From positions 55,468,788 through 55,532,787 of the forward strand of contig CM120640.1 in assembly GCA_051362555.1 (NCBI GenBank): a DNA stretch of 64,000 nt, given 5' to 3'. The notes under the pieces were generated by a model. That model made no database searches. It worked only from the letters and a program-made list of their open reading frames with translations, and was not told the origin of the DNA. Below are positions 50,857-63,358 of this stretch, piece after piece. The stretch's first letter is position 1. Each line of letters starts with the position of its first letter. Both the position numbers and the translations under genes were made by a program. Source of the DNA: Lingula anatina. Taxonomy: Eukaryota; Animalia; Brachiopoda.

Positions 50857-52710
50857 GCACAGACCAATCAATATTCCTGTATATTATGACTGTACATTGG
50901 ACATGGGCATCTCATCGCTGGTGTCTGATCTCGCTTACACCAGGAACCAAAATATCATGTGCATATAAAGCAGACTGGACTGAGTTTATTATTAATTTTC
51001 ACCACCCCACTTTATCATGTGTATGTCAAATATCAGTTTGCACAAGAATGTGAATTATGTGTCAATGGATCAGTCATTACTTGTGCAAATGTAGTGAATT
51101 GTGGGATAGGTTTACAACACCAGTAGAAGTGAACTGTCATCATGTGGAAGGAGTTTCAGCTTGGTGTGATAAATACTGATGTAGTACTGGCCATGGAGTT
51201 AAAAAATGGGTGTGAAATTGGAAGAAAATGCCCATATGAATCCAGGCAGATACCAAATAAGGGCATTTTTTCCATAGTGATATAATGTGCAACCACTTTA
51301 TTTGTACAGTAAGAGTTAAAAGGTGTATTGTAGAAGCAAATTGGTGATTAAGAAGTTTCTTGAAGTAGTACACTGTCTATAACAAGACTTGTATATAATT
51401 TCTCTGTATCAAAGTGATTTTTATGTACAGGTTGGCAAATGTTATTTGTTAAATGTACATGTATTGTGTGTGAACACTTTCTATTACTGGTTTTGGACAC
51501 TGAAGTTCTCCATAGAATGGGCAAGTGTTACAATGGACATGTGAAGGGTGGTATTTAAATAAAGGGCCCTGGGGTATCTGAACTATGCTGAGTTAAATAT
51601 TAATGTGAAGATAGCATATATCATTATTTATACCTGAAACATTAGATATAAGTTCCACATATAGTGTCAAACTATTCTAATTATTGTTGTTATTTACCTG
51701 TATTAATTAGGTGGAAAGGCCGTCACTAATCTTATTCAATTTGTATGGTAAAGCTTCACTCAATTTAATGTATAATCAGAACTAAAGCTTTGCAGCTTTT
51801 TGTATCTAGAGGTATGCTTAATGACATTAGCACAACTGTGTCAATTCATTGTGAAGTCTTATTCAGAATTGTAGCAAAGTTGGAAGTTTTGTGCGTGTTG
51901 AAGGAGATAAGAACTGAGATAAGAACATAGGTAAAACTGCAAAGGTACATTTTCCATTTCTTTCCATGTTGTCTGTAGTTGTAAAAAACTTGGCTCATCA
52001 CTTTGATAACTAATTTGTCACATCTCTCGATGTTAAACTGGAATTAGAAATTAGGTGCTCATTTTGCCAAGCTGAAGACGACCTGTATATACTGGCTAGC
52101 TGGACTTGTCAGAATATAACCTGCACAAACGGATATTGTGTGTTGCCCGCTGCTTATGTTAAGCAAACTATTTATAGTTTGTCGTTACATTTACCATTCA
52201 TAATATTCTGTTATTGGTGTATTATTTTTTGAGCTTTTTTGTTTAGATTTATTTTTTTTACTGTAACATAGTGTCCATTTCAGTATGATTCAGATGGTGA
52301 TATCAAGGAGGGCATGGAAACAGAATAATGTGACATTGTCAAACAGATTATTCCACTTTCTCCTGCATTCTTTGGGGAACATCAGTCTCACAAGACTATT
52401 GTGATTTAAAGTTTGATTCTGAAGATAGTTGTGCCATAAAACCATGGTATATCTAGAACTTTGTGATTAGAGAACTGAACTCTTCTCTATTGGTTTATGA
52501 ATATACACCACCACTATGTCAGTTGTGATTACTGTAAATTAATATTTCAGGAAGATTTAGTGCTGATATAATTCTGTAAAAGGAAATGTTTCAGTGAATT
52601 GCTATCATTATACATGTATTTAAAGGATAGGTGACTAGGAAAAAGAGTGTTGTCACCAGTTGTAACTGTCACTCAAGTGTGACATCAATAAATATGTGGA
52701 AATCCATGTG
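50857..52710 (+). other. PICALM: Probable non-coding last exon (3'UTR) of PICALM
   Basis: Donor TAG|gtgaga at 50238, acceptor ttctttgtttcag at 50856, and AATAAA at 52687-52692 followed by a GT/T-rich tract. Confidence 0.55.
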
Positions 52711-52959
52711 TGTGGCATTTTAATTTTTCAAGTTTGTAGAATGTTACATAAAAATTTACAGCAGTTTATTGACCTTTTCTTTCAGTAAATATTTGAATCA
52801 TATTAACTGAAATACGATACGTTTCAAACAAATGACTTAAATAACTGATTTTATGTAACATTTCTAGTTTTTACATCATACAAACTAAAAAGTCTGAAGC
52901 AAAATTGGCAAACTTTCAAGTCTTTAGACAGATATGATATACTGATTGGTATATCATTA

Positions 52960-53253
52960 AATTTTATTAAATTATTTAAATTTCTAGTCTTTGTTCATGA
53001 TGCTTTTTACAAAGTTGCATCGATCTACTTAAGTGAATTAGTCACTCACTATATTCCAGCAAGAAACCTGCGGTCTGTAGACAAATTGTTAAGCCAGTAA
53101 AAATGCGCCTTAAAACTTGTGGTGACATTTCTTTTAAATCAGCAGGTCCAAAGGAATGGAATTTATTACCACTGGAAATCCAATCCATTGAGTCTACCAA
53201 GCATTTTAAAAAAGAATTGAAGACATAACTATTCAGGAAATTTTTTGACTAAT
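52960..53253 (+). mobile_element. Decayed 3' end of a CR1/L2-clade LINE ORF2
   Basis: Conceptual translation across frameshifts: YLSELVTHYIPARNLRS ... GDISFKSAGPKEWNLLPLEIQSIESTKHFKKELKT*LFRKFFD*, the typical post-RT C-terminus of L2/CR1 elements. Confidence 0.75.
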
Positions 53254-53977
53254 CGACTTTTAAATTGATTTTACAAATTTTATAGTAATTGTATTTGTGC
53301 CTTGTATGAAATAAGGCTGTTGTACTTATAATTTTTTCTGTGTGCAAATAAGTTTTTTTTTTTTTTTTTTTTACCTTGAATTGATTATATTTTCTTAACA
53401 AACATTTTATTTATGTAATGTAAGTGCTTTCATATGAGAATCTGTATGTTTTATCTACTCTTAAATTTTTTTGTCATTAAGCTCTAATTTTTTTATTTAT
53501 CTATTCCTAATAATTGATTTCTTAGGTAATTGTTTCATGTATATGTAGCCTTCTGAACATGTTATAATGGATTTTAGACTCAAAATAAATTTATTATTAT
53601 TATTATTAAATGGATAACAACTCTTCATTTGAGGTCCATATTTTACAATAAATATGTCACAGGCCAGATAAGATCCCGATCTAGCCTTATTGGGTCTTTG
53701 CATTGTTAACAGAATAATAGCATGTTAATTGACCAAATAACTTACAGGTGAGCTTCCAGTTTGTTTATATGGCATGTCATGGCATGTGTAATTAAATTAA
53801 ATTGTAATTAAATTGCGGATGTAATAGATCAGGGCATATATTATGATATTTAATGGTGTGGCAAATGAAATGTATTCATCTGAGGATACTTTTTAAAGAT
53901 TATTGCATAAATATTTAAAGGGAAAGTATTTTAATTTTAAAATTTAATATAATAGAGAGATATCAAAATAGATTGAT

Positions 53978-55001
53978 AACCAGAAAAGCACTCCAAGAGC
54001 GCAGACCTTGCAAAATTAAATGCTAAATGTCTATCTAATTTCAAGGTCAAACAGACCAAAATTTTCTAAAAATGGGAATTTTTTGCAAAAAAATTTTTAT
54101 TTGTGCCAAGGGGAGGTGTTACACTTAGGGTCATCTTTCATCTTCCTGAGTTTGGGGTCAATCGGTACATTTTCATGGAAGAGGCCATTAGATGCCAAAA
54201 CAAAAACTCTCTAATTCTGGAACCGTAAATGCTTAAGACCTCTTGTTTTATAGGGCTAGTCAAGCACAACACTGAAGGTGGTATCCTTTTTTTTTTCTTT
54301 TTTTTTTTGTCCATATGGTTTACAAGTTGCACCATATCGAAAAGTGCAACGTCGCAATATTCAGTGGTGAAAATAAAAGGTGAAATAACTAAATTAGCAG
54401 AGATACGCCCATAGTTACCATTGAACTTGAATAGGAAGTCATATACTGGCAATCTAACTGTGACCTTGAAATTGACCTTTGCCCTACTTTTCATCAAATT
54501 TTCCATCCCTTATATCCCAAAATCTGGCAGAGATACGCCCATAGTTACTATTGAACTTGAATCAGAAGTCATATACTAGCAATCTGTGACCTTGAAATTG
54601 ACCTTTGACTTGCTTTTCACCATGGACTGAACTTTGGAAATTTTACATCCGTTATATCTCCAAAACTGGCACATATAAGCCCATAGATACTACTGGACTT
54701 GAATAGGAACTCATATATTGACAGTCTTCCCATGAGCTTGAATTTGACCTCTGACATACTTTTGGCCATGAGTTGCACTTCACCAATTTGGATTTGACCC
54801 TTAACTTTTCCCCATGATTTTGTAATAAATTGTAATTTTCAACAAAAAATATGAAGAACTCTTGTTTGCTGCATTTCATAGAGCTTCTCAAGCACAACAC
54901 TGGAGGTGGTGTCCTTTTTTTTTTTATTTCCATACAAATGCGCTAACTCCAGCTGGTGGTACGATACCTGGAGGCGGTATCGCCTCTCTGGTCCTCTAGT
55001 T
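53978..55001. mobile_element. Helentron/HINE-like composite with ~130-bp internal tandem repeats
   Basis: Head AACCAGAAAAGCACTCCAAGAGCGCAGACC at 53978 resembles the head at ~60345. GCAGAGATACGCCCATAGTTAC units lie at 54397, 54527 and ~54668 (diverged). The right end has hairpin GAGGCG-GTAT-CGCCTC (54971-54986) and ...CTCTAGTT. Confidence 0.6.
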
Positions 55002-55195
55002 ACACATGCCAAACAAACAAACTGACAGCTCCCCTGTAAATTACTTTTATCCCTTTAACCCAAGATTGTTATAACATGGTCCATGCAAGTAAAACCTGCT
55101 GACATTAACTGTAGTTTATTTGAATCCACCCTATTTCAACAGTTTACACAAGACACCAGTTGCCTATGTACTAACTACACCTTTGAAAAAAATTA

Positions 55196-55960
55196 TCATT
55201 GTGTGGGTTCAAGACCTGAATCTTTTTTGGAATCTTTTGGCAAATCTTCCCTATTATATATCTTAAAGTTAGAAAAATGAGATAAAACATTTTCAACATG
55301 TTTTTGGTCTAGATTGTATTCTTCGGCTATTGTTGCTGCAGAATAACTGTCTGGGGCAGCTTGATGTTTACTTATAAAGTCTAGTGCTTGGCGTAAAGAG
55401 TACTTTCCCTTGGTGACAATATTTGGGTCTGGAAACCAAAGGTCTGAGTGTACATCACGTCCTTTGTCCTGAGGTAATGCCCTTGTGGAGACATAATTCT
55501 AAAAAAATTAAAGATGCATGTTAATCTGATTGCAGTCAGTGAGAGTTCCTGCAGAGTTAGAGCGATCTACATAGAACAATAGTTTCATTGGGAATAAGCC
55601 CTAAAAGTTATCCATTAAAATAAGGAAATGTTCATAACCCAACATGAGCATGTATTCTGGCATTAAAATACAGAAAATACCTCAGTTTTACTTTTGTAGT
55701 AGGAAATTCATCACATAGATTGCACGACAGCTTCATTACCTCAATGTTAGGGTGATCTGGATTTGCACCAGTGGAGTCCACTTTCACTTGTTTTAGCATT
55801 TCCAACAGGTGGTCATTTTTACTCTGGTCTTTTTTGAAAGATTCTACAATATCTGAAACAAGCAAAACAAAATGTCAATTTTGGCCCAGTATACAATGAA
55901 ATTACAGTTAACTGCAATTTTCCTCAAACACTTTCTCATCAAACCTACCCACATGTGCTG

Positions 55961-56001
<41 letters not shown>

Positions 56002-56526
56002 ACACAAACACACACACACACACACACACACACATTCAATTCTTTAAAATATACGTCTGGGAATAAGCTTATTGCACTTACTTCCCTACACCTATGGGTA
56101 TGGACACTAAAATTCTGAAACCTTTAAATAAATTCCCCTTGCATCAAATGATGATAACTGTGTGCTACTTTCTGCCCTAGGCTAATTAAACCATACAGCT
56201 GCTTTGCTCTTTTAATCATCCAAATTTTTTTCAAAATGATCGATATTGTTGAAAATTAATAATGGCAGCAGCAGAGCCGTATGTCAAAAACAATGATGTT
56301 ATCCACTGACTTAGCGAATACTCCACTTACTTTTATGACAATCAGGAAAATGCTATATATATATACCTTGTTCTTTTGCGACTTCTTCTAAACGTGCTGC
56401 TCCAGCCGATTTATGTCTTGGCGGCGGTTTAATCTTCTTCTCTTGACGACTGAGTTCTCTCATTGCCCTGTTGCTATAATTGTAGTTCATAACAAATCGC
56501 TTGGCGGACGAATATATCACTCCCAT
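55196..56526 (-). CDS. NDUFAF4: NADH:ubiquinone oxidoreductase complex assembly factor 4 homolog (UPF0240), 191 aa
   Basis: Exons 56526-56367, 55852-55740 and 55498-55196 total 576 nt in frame. MGVIYSSAKRFVMNYNYSNRAMRELSRQEKKIKPPPRHKS...KNDHLLEMLKQVKVDS...RALPQ...KGKYSLRQALDFISKHQ...IAEEYNLDQKHVENVLSHF matches family motifs. AATAAA on the minus strand at 55115-55120. Confidence 0.9.
55963..56034. repeat. (CA)n microsatellite in NDUFAF4 intron 1
   Basis: Direct reading. Confidence 0.95.
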
Positions 56527-57025
56527 AATGTAATCAAATAAATTACTAACACGACATTACGATCACAAAATAAATTAATGTCAAGAAATTTCATGGAGCT
56601 AAACGTGAGCTCTTCGACCTTCACCTTTTACACAATTACCCCACATATGCTATATAAAAAACAAATGCATCGATGGAATATACAAGAATATTGACTTTCT
56701 ATTTACCTTATTATGTTTCATTTTTCTATTTAGATATATTTATTGATATGACTGAAATGAAATGTAGAATATGTTGGTCAATTAATTTTTGCTGTAAGCG
56801 GTGCAAGAGAAATAAAAACAGTTGAGCAGAGTGTCGAGCAGAGGACGGGGGAGTCTGTGATAGTAGATGAGGGGCGCGGTCCTGATAGGCTTACGTGTCT
56901 ATTTTGCCACAGCAAGTAAGCAGTTTTAGGGGAAACTTTGTTAGTAAAACGTTAGCCAACATTAACATTAGTCCGTTGAATAATAGAGAGATAGAGGTCT
57001 ACACCGAGTTACTACTAGGGGTAGA

Positions 57026-57183
57026 GGGGCCGTAGCGATAGTCCGAAGGTTCAATAGTCCGAAGGTTCATTGGTCCGAATGTTCACTATAGAACCTTCGG
57101 ACCAATGAACCCTTGATTAAAAAATCGATGAAAATGTAACCACTTTTCGGACCAATGAACCTTCGGACTATCGAGACGCCCCC
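57026..57183. mobile_element. Small MITE with subterminal tandem repeats and 8-bp TSD (MULE-like architecture)
   Basis: GGGGTAGA on both flanks (57018-57025 and 57184-57191). Arms are built of 15-bp units (TAGTCCGAAGGTTCA) and their reverse complements. Confidence 0.85.
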
Positions 57184-57499
57184 GGGGTAGATATTGATTT
57201 ACATCCAAATCCAAATGAGGTCACAGGCATACTCTTAAAAATATTTAGTGCACAGATTACAAGCTATGTTTGATTATTTTTGATTATTTGAGGATCCCAC
57301 ATGAAAAAGTTTGTATCAAAGTTTCACTCTCCTGGAACCATGAATAAGAAAAAGTTATTCATCGTCTAAGCCCAAAGTGGAACATACGTCACCCAAACCC
57401 ACTGGTTTTGTTCTTTAATTTATCAACTCCAAGTATAACTTTGTAAAAAATTATGATAATCTTCTGCATAGAGCAGTTAATTAATTTTTTTATTGTTTT

Positions 57500-58823
57500 T
57501 AGTTTGCTTGTCACTGAATATACATTTTTACAATCCTGGGCTCCTTTTTTTCCCACCAAGGGTCAAAAATAGAAGTCATTTTTGTGTTGAAATGTGTACT
57601 TTTCTTGAAAGTATAGACCTGAAGGGTATAAGAAATGACAATCCCGAGATAAAACCTTGTGTATGTATAAAGATATGATCATTTGAATTTTGAAAATCAT
57701 TTTTTTAATTTTCATAAGCTAAACCTTGAAGTGTGTGACTTTTATGGTAATTTAAGGTATTGATCTCCAAAAAACCACTTAGTTTTACTCAGAGAGTATT
57801 GCTCTTTTATGTATTTGCAAAAAAAATGGATGAAAATATCCAAAATTTGACGAATCAATGACATTTTGTAATTTTCCTGTTTCAGTATTAAATGTGACTC
57901 CATGAAGTTTTTGATTGTGAGATATTCTGAGGACTTCTGTACTTCACTTTACCTTGCATTAGTTCTTTATGTTATGCTTCATGATTGTGTAAAATATTAT
58001 TTTGCACGGACATGTGTGCTAATTGCAGTGTCATGTTAAAATAAATGTCCTTTCCGAAACATCCCTGTTTCGGAAAGGACATTTTTTTAACATTTATGAT
58101 ATTATTTTAATATATTGTAGTATTTGAGTTTTTATAAGTTTTAGGTGAAGTCTATGAATAACTGGGCAAAATAGGTGGAAGCTGAACTAAAATTGAAGTC
58201 TTTTTATTTCATTTTGTGCTTGTTATGTCTATTTTGTACTAGTAATTCATTACTGGAATTTTATTTTATTAAATATTGATTCTGAGATATATTCCAGGTA
58301 TTCTTTACGCCATTATACCTTATTCCAGTTTCTTTTGTTACAGTGCATAGCTGTATAAAATATTATTTGACAATGTCAGATTTACCAACAGTAAAGACAT
58401 GTTTAAAAATATGTCCTTTTAGACATGTCCTTGTTTCGGAATGGACATTTGTTTAACATATATGAAATTGCCTTAAGATCTCATAGTATGTTGGTTTACA
58501 AGGTACAGGTGAAGCAATCATTAGACAAAATATAAGTAAACTAGATTAAAACTGAATTGTTTTTATTACATTAATTGGTCATTTTGGATAGTTTTTGATT
58601 CTTTTTTTAAATGTTACTCCCTTAGTATTTGATCATGATATAAAATAGAGTCTTCTACACTCCATTATACCCTATTCTACTTCCTTTTGTTACAGCTCAT
58701 AGCTGTATAAAATATTATTTGACAAGGTCAGGTTTAAATTTAGTAATTACATTTTTAAATATGTCCTTTTAGGAATGTGTTTCGGAATGGACATTTATTT
58801 AACATTAACGAAATTGCTTAAAT

Positions 58824-58886
<63 letters not shown>

Positions 58887-60331
58887 TGATGTATGTATAT
58901 ATTATAGATAATCACAGGAAGTTAATTATAACCCTGTGTCTGTCTGCAAGCGCCTCTGTAAACCGTGCCAGTGAACTGACTCTTGCAACTTTAACACGTG
59001 TAGCCTCATAACTATTTTCGAATACTTTTTTGTACATCATAAGTAAGCAGTATTTAAAGTAAGGTAAGCTATATTATTCAAAATTATATTCTACATAAAT
59101 TTGATGTGCTTCCCATCATCCTCTTCCTCATGAATAATAAATAGATGGGCAGACCAAAGAGTAAACAAGTGTTTTAGACAATGTGTTAAAAAATGTCCTT
59201 TCCGATACAAAGCATCCAAATTGCCTATATTTCTATTTATACTGATATAATCTCTTCAACTAATTGTTAATTTAACTTTGAAATACATGAACTTTGGGAA
59301 AATATGCAATGGAAGTTCTAGTAGATCCAAAGAAAAGATCCTGACTCGCAAAAATGAATTTTTTGTTGAGGATATATATAGAAATTGAAAAAGATGCCAT
59401 TGAAGAAATGTTTTTCAATTATTTTCATGTCATATGCATGATGCTCTAACAGTAATTTGCTCATGTCAAGTGAAACATACAGCATTAAAGACAGAATTCT
59501 CTCTATTTATACCATTGGCAATGTAAAGGTACTTTGTTTCGGAATGGACAATTTTTAACAAGCATCTCAAAAAAGACCACAGTTAAATGGGTTTCTGTGC
59601 ACTGGGGTTTTCTTATATAAAAATAAATATCACATGTCCTGGGCTTTAGAGAAATATATATTGTTACTGGCTAGGTGTCAACATGTTCTTTTTATGTAAG
59701 AGAAACCCAATGTTTCGGAATGGACAAATTTAACGGAAAAACACGGTAGGGTTATTTTGCACTCCATGTCAAGCTCCAGAATCATCACGCAGATTTCATT
59801 ATTTGATACAAACAATACCAATACATCCAAATAATGATTAGGATGGTAAATTATACTGTATGTTTTATGATATATTTTCTGAAAGTCATTTGTTTTTGTT
59901 TCGGAATGGACATTTCGTTTAACGGAAATACCAGGATGCCATTAAAAGGCTTTTTTTACTAGGATACACCTCTCTCCTGTTAATATTTAAACTTTTTTGC
60001 ATCCACCATACTACTGAGTGTTTTATAATCCAAAAAAATGCAATGTCAAACACTGTTTTAATTTATTTCAGATTGCTTTTTATTTCATATGACTAAAACG
60101 GGAAAAATTTTTGGTCATTTTTCGGGCTTTGCTTTAGCATAACTTTGGACTCGGTGGTGATATTTGGTTTCTATTTTCAGTGTTTATCTTCACTTACACC
60201 ATTCTCTAACATAGTGATAAAAGAATTCTTTGATCGTATGTATGTAATTTGTTAATTAGCAATATGTGGGAAAATCTGAAAAGTGCCCAGGATTGTAAAA
60301 ATGCCATATTAGAAAGGGGGATTACGACTGT
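57500..60331. repeat. Large decayed AT-rich repeat or DNA-transposon relic with a recurring TGTTTCGGAA(A/T)GGACA motif
   Basis: Motif at ~58066, 58432, 58778, 59535, 59711 and 59897, inverted at ~58043 and 59192. Degenerate ~350-bp tandem units span 57985-58820. ATTTTTACAATCCTGGG at ~57524 is inverted at ~60286. Confidence 0.5.
58826..58884. repeat. (AT)n microsatellite
   Basis: Direct reading. Confidence 0.95.
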
Positions 60332-60344
60332 AAATTAAGTATTT

Positions 60345-60732
60345 AACTACTGTAGAAAAGCACTCATGCAGAGAGCGCAGACCTCCACCAAGGCAGCCAA
60401 GTCTCCATCCAATGCTGTTTCACCCCTAAATTTTCGATATTTTTTATTATTGATTATTGATCCGGATCACCACCAAAAAACTGATCATCTGTTTTTTGGC
60501 CCACTTCTGACAGTTCCTGAAAATTTCATCAAAATTGGTCCATAACTTAGTTTTTTGATAATTGATTGATTATTGATCTGGATCACCACCAAAAACTAAA
60601 AATCTCTTCCTTGGCCCACTTCTGACAGTTCCTGAAAATTTCATCAAATTGGTCCATTACTTTTGTTGAGTTATGTTGATGACAGACGGACAAACAGGGG
60701 TGAAAACATAACCTCCTTGGCGGAGGTACTAA
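60345..60732 (+). mobile_element. Helentron/HINE-like non-autonomous element
   Basis: 5' ...AAAAGCACTC...GAGAGCGCAGACCTCCACCAAGG, two ~115-bp tandem units, a GACAGACGGACAAAC microsatellite and 3' ACCTCCTTGGCGGAGGT (hairpin, also the inverted repeat of the 5' motif). Confidence 0.75.
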
Positions 60733-61519
60733 ACTGTTTTCCATTCGTGGTCCAAATATTATATCAGAAATGTCAAACTGTCATGAAATCACAATATATA
60801 TTTTTCAGTCAGCAACAGCAAACCCTGTTTCCTATTGCACCAAGTACTGGGTACTTGGGCGAAATTAAACTTTCTGACAATTTTTCTGGGGAGCGTGTTA
60901 CGTAGTATTAACCATGATACAGAGCCCCTTTAGTTACAGTTTAAATGTTTATAAAAACATCTTTATATCATATATAATTTACCATGACTGAATCACTACA
61001 AAATATATTGGAACACTATATGAAAATTAAATTATATGGCTGGGAACATACGTTACCAGAATATGCTAGTACGTTACCATTTAGGCTTCTTACATAAGGT
61101 ATAGGCATGGTAAAAATTAAATGTAGATGTAAAATTGAGACAGCCATGGATTTTTGTTCTATACACATATATGTACAACTTGAATTCATTCAATTTTATT
61201 TTTTGATACTTCAGCATGTAAAAAACACCTCTATAATTGGGTTTGGGTGTTTAAAAATGATACAAAAAGTTTATTCATCATGCTTGGCTGTTACCTTGAT
61301 CGGTTACTGAACAGAAAAAAGACTTAAGAATACCCCACTAGTGTATCATAATGCAAAAAAAAACTTGTCTTCCATTTAATGAAAACAAATTTTTTTGTAA
61401 TTTTTTAAGTCATGTGAAATTGTCATGTCAGTAGCATTGCTCGGGTCTGATTTATATAGAATCATTTTCAACCAGTTAACAACACAATGGAATTTTGGCT
61501 TATTGTCCCATGTTACCAG

Positions 61520-62162
61520 TGTACCATGTAAATCTGATTCCCTTAAATTGTGACTACCCAGTCAGGTTTTCATAATGAAAGAAAATGAAAATCTTAATCC
61601 CCAGTCAAATTTTCATAATGGGGAAATGTGATTCCCCCAATGAAATTTTGACTCCCGCCCACAAATCTTTATAAATCTTATTTTATTTGAGAATATGACT
61701 TGTATCTTGTAGTATGCATAATGGAGGATACATTGGGACTTTTTGTTAGTTTGCTGGTGAAAAGTTTAATGAGAAAATAAGAAAATTAAAAATGTGTATT
61801 TTACCACCCTATGACTCCCCTATGAAAAAGCTATTTATTTGATAATTGGTGATCAATTCAACAATCTTTCCTTTTAGTATACTTTATGAAAAATATATTG
61901 GAAATATTTGGCAGTTTGATGGTAAAATACACTGTTTTAATTTTCTTATTTTCTCATTAACATTTTCACCTACATACTAACTAAAAGTGCCAATGTATCC
62001 TCCATTATCCACACTATAAGATAAACGTCATATACTCAAGTAAATTAAGATTAATAAAGTTTTATTGGGGGAGGGGGTCAAAATTTCATGGGGGGAGTCA
62101 GACTTTCATTATGAAACTTTGACTGGGGGTGATTTGCATGGGAGTCAGATTTTCATGTTACA
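61520..62162. mobile_element. Foldback element with long imperfect inverted arms and TGT...ACA termini
   Basis: TGTACCATGTAAATCTGATTCCC ... GGGAGTCAGATTTTCATGTTACA. Internal arms also pair (e.g. ATAATGGAGGATACATTGG / CCAATGTATCCTCCATTAT). No clear TSD. Confidence 0.7.
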
Positions 62163-62294
62163 AGTGTACCATAAAATTATATAAATATTTGCTAACCAAC
62201 ACAAATGTAGTTGAAAGTACAGTTATATTTCATTTCAGTCCAACATGACTTCAGAAATTTCCATATTTCATATATCAGAAGAGAATGAAATATT

Positions 62295-63358
62295 ATGATG
62301 AGCAGGACTATTCCACGTGTGTTTTGTGCCAGGCTGTCAGTGCTCAAATACCAAATCAGAACACACAATATATCCACAATCACTGTCAGTCGTCCATACA
62401 CTTATGATCCATCGGGGAGCATTCTTGTCAACCGCCACAAGGAGATAAAACTTTTACTGGAGCGCTTCAAAACACCTCTCTGTCAGTGGCACGATGCTTG
62501 GATGATAGCTGATGAAAAAAAGAAAAATGAAAATCCAGATATTTGTAACATTGAGCCAAACAATGACAAAAAAATCATTAAACAAGTTCAGAAGCATATA
62601 GGTCAATATGAAAGTGAGAAATATGTCCAACCTCTGAACTCTACACTAGTGTTGCTTGGTGTACCAGATGTTGGGAAAACTTCTATTGTTAAGCAGGCTT
62701 TAACCATTGCCATGAGAGAACACCTACTGCACCCACCACCCATGACTCTGGATCTCAGGTCACCTGAAGGTCAATCTCACCAGCTGACTGGAGTATTGTC
62801 AAAGGTACAAATTAAAGTTAACTTTTATCAAAGCTAAATTTTAAAAAAATGGGATAGTCATTAAAAAGGTGTCTCCAAAAATGGTGAAAAAGTATCTGGG
62901 CTGATCATGATGAAAATTTTATTAAGAGGTAGATTTATTATTTTCCTTAGTAATGATCAACAAAACTGTGTATATATATATTGTAAGTTGACTTTTGTGC
63001 AAAGAGGGGTTCAGCAATCTGTTAATAAAGTATAATGTGGGTATCCTACATGCTGTGGAAGTTTAGGACTAGGTTTAATTGTTTTTGCCTACTTAAGAAA
63101 CCTGAATCTAAATATTCTTCAAAAGCCAAAAGGACATGTACCACACTAAGCAGATATAGCAAAAAAATTTTTTGACATGACTAAGTTAGAGGTTTTTAAA
63201 TTTTGATAAAGGTAAAACAAGGTTTGGGCGGATTTCTCATGGACGTTTCCCCTTTACTGCAAGGCTCAGCCACTCTCATGGGGATTCCATTTCCTCATCG
63301 GTCAGAAAAGGACTCGCATTCATTGAAAGGGAAATCTATTGAAGAAATTCTCCAATCA
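62295..63358 (+). CDS. P-loop NTPase (archaeal-ATPase/AAA_16/STAND-like N-terminus) with a putative mitochondrial presequence; first two coding exons, continues beyond the right edge
   Basis: Exons 62295-62804 (AAG|gtacaa) and 63212-63358 (TCA|gttagt), phase 0. ILVNRHKEIKLL precedes Walker A LVLLGVPDVGKTS. The first ~35 aa are R/S/T-rich with no acidic residue. Confidence 0.75.

Noticed and set aside
55682-55739. Longer NDUFAF4 exon 2 encoding a CxxC (CNLC) motif
   Set aside because: The GAG|gtaatg donor at 55740 matches the phase-0 last exon, so the CxxC stretch is intronic read-through.
57036-57172. Short regularly repeated units resembling a CRISPR array
   Set aside because: The units are tandem and inverted without unique spacers, flanked by an 8-bp TSD, in eukaryotic DNA with no cas genes. 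It is a MITE.
57985-59920. Repeat-spacer-like recurrence of TGTTTCGGAATGGACA as a CRISPR array
   Set aside because: Spacers are hundreds of bp, irregular and partly homologous to each other.
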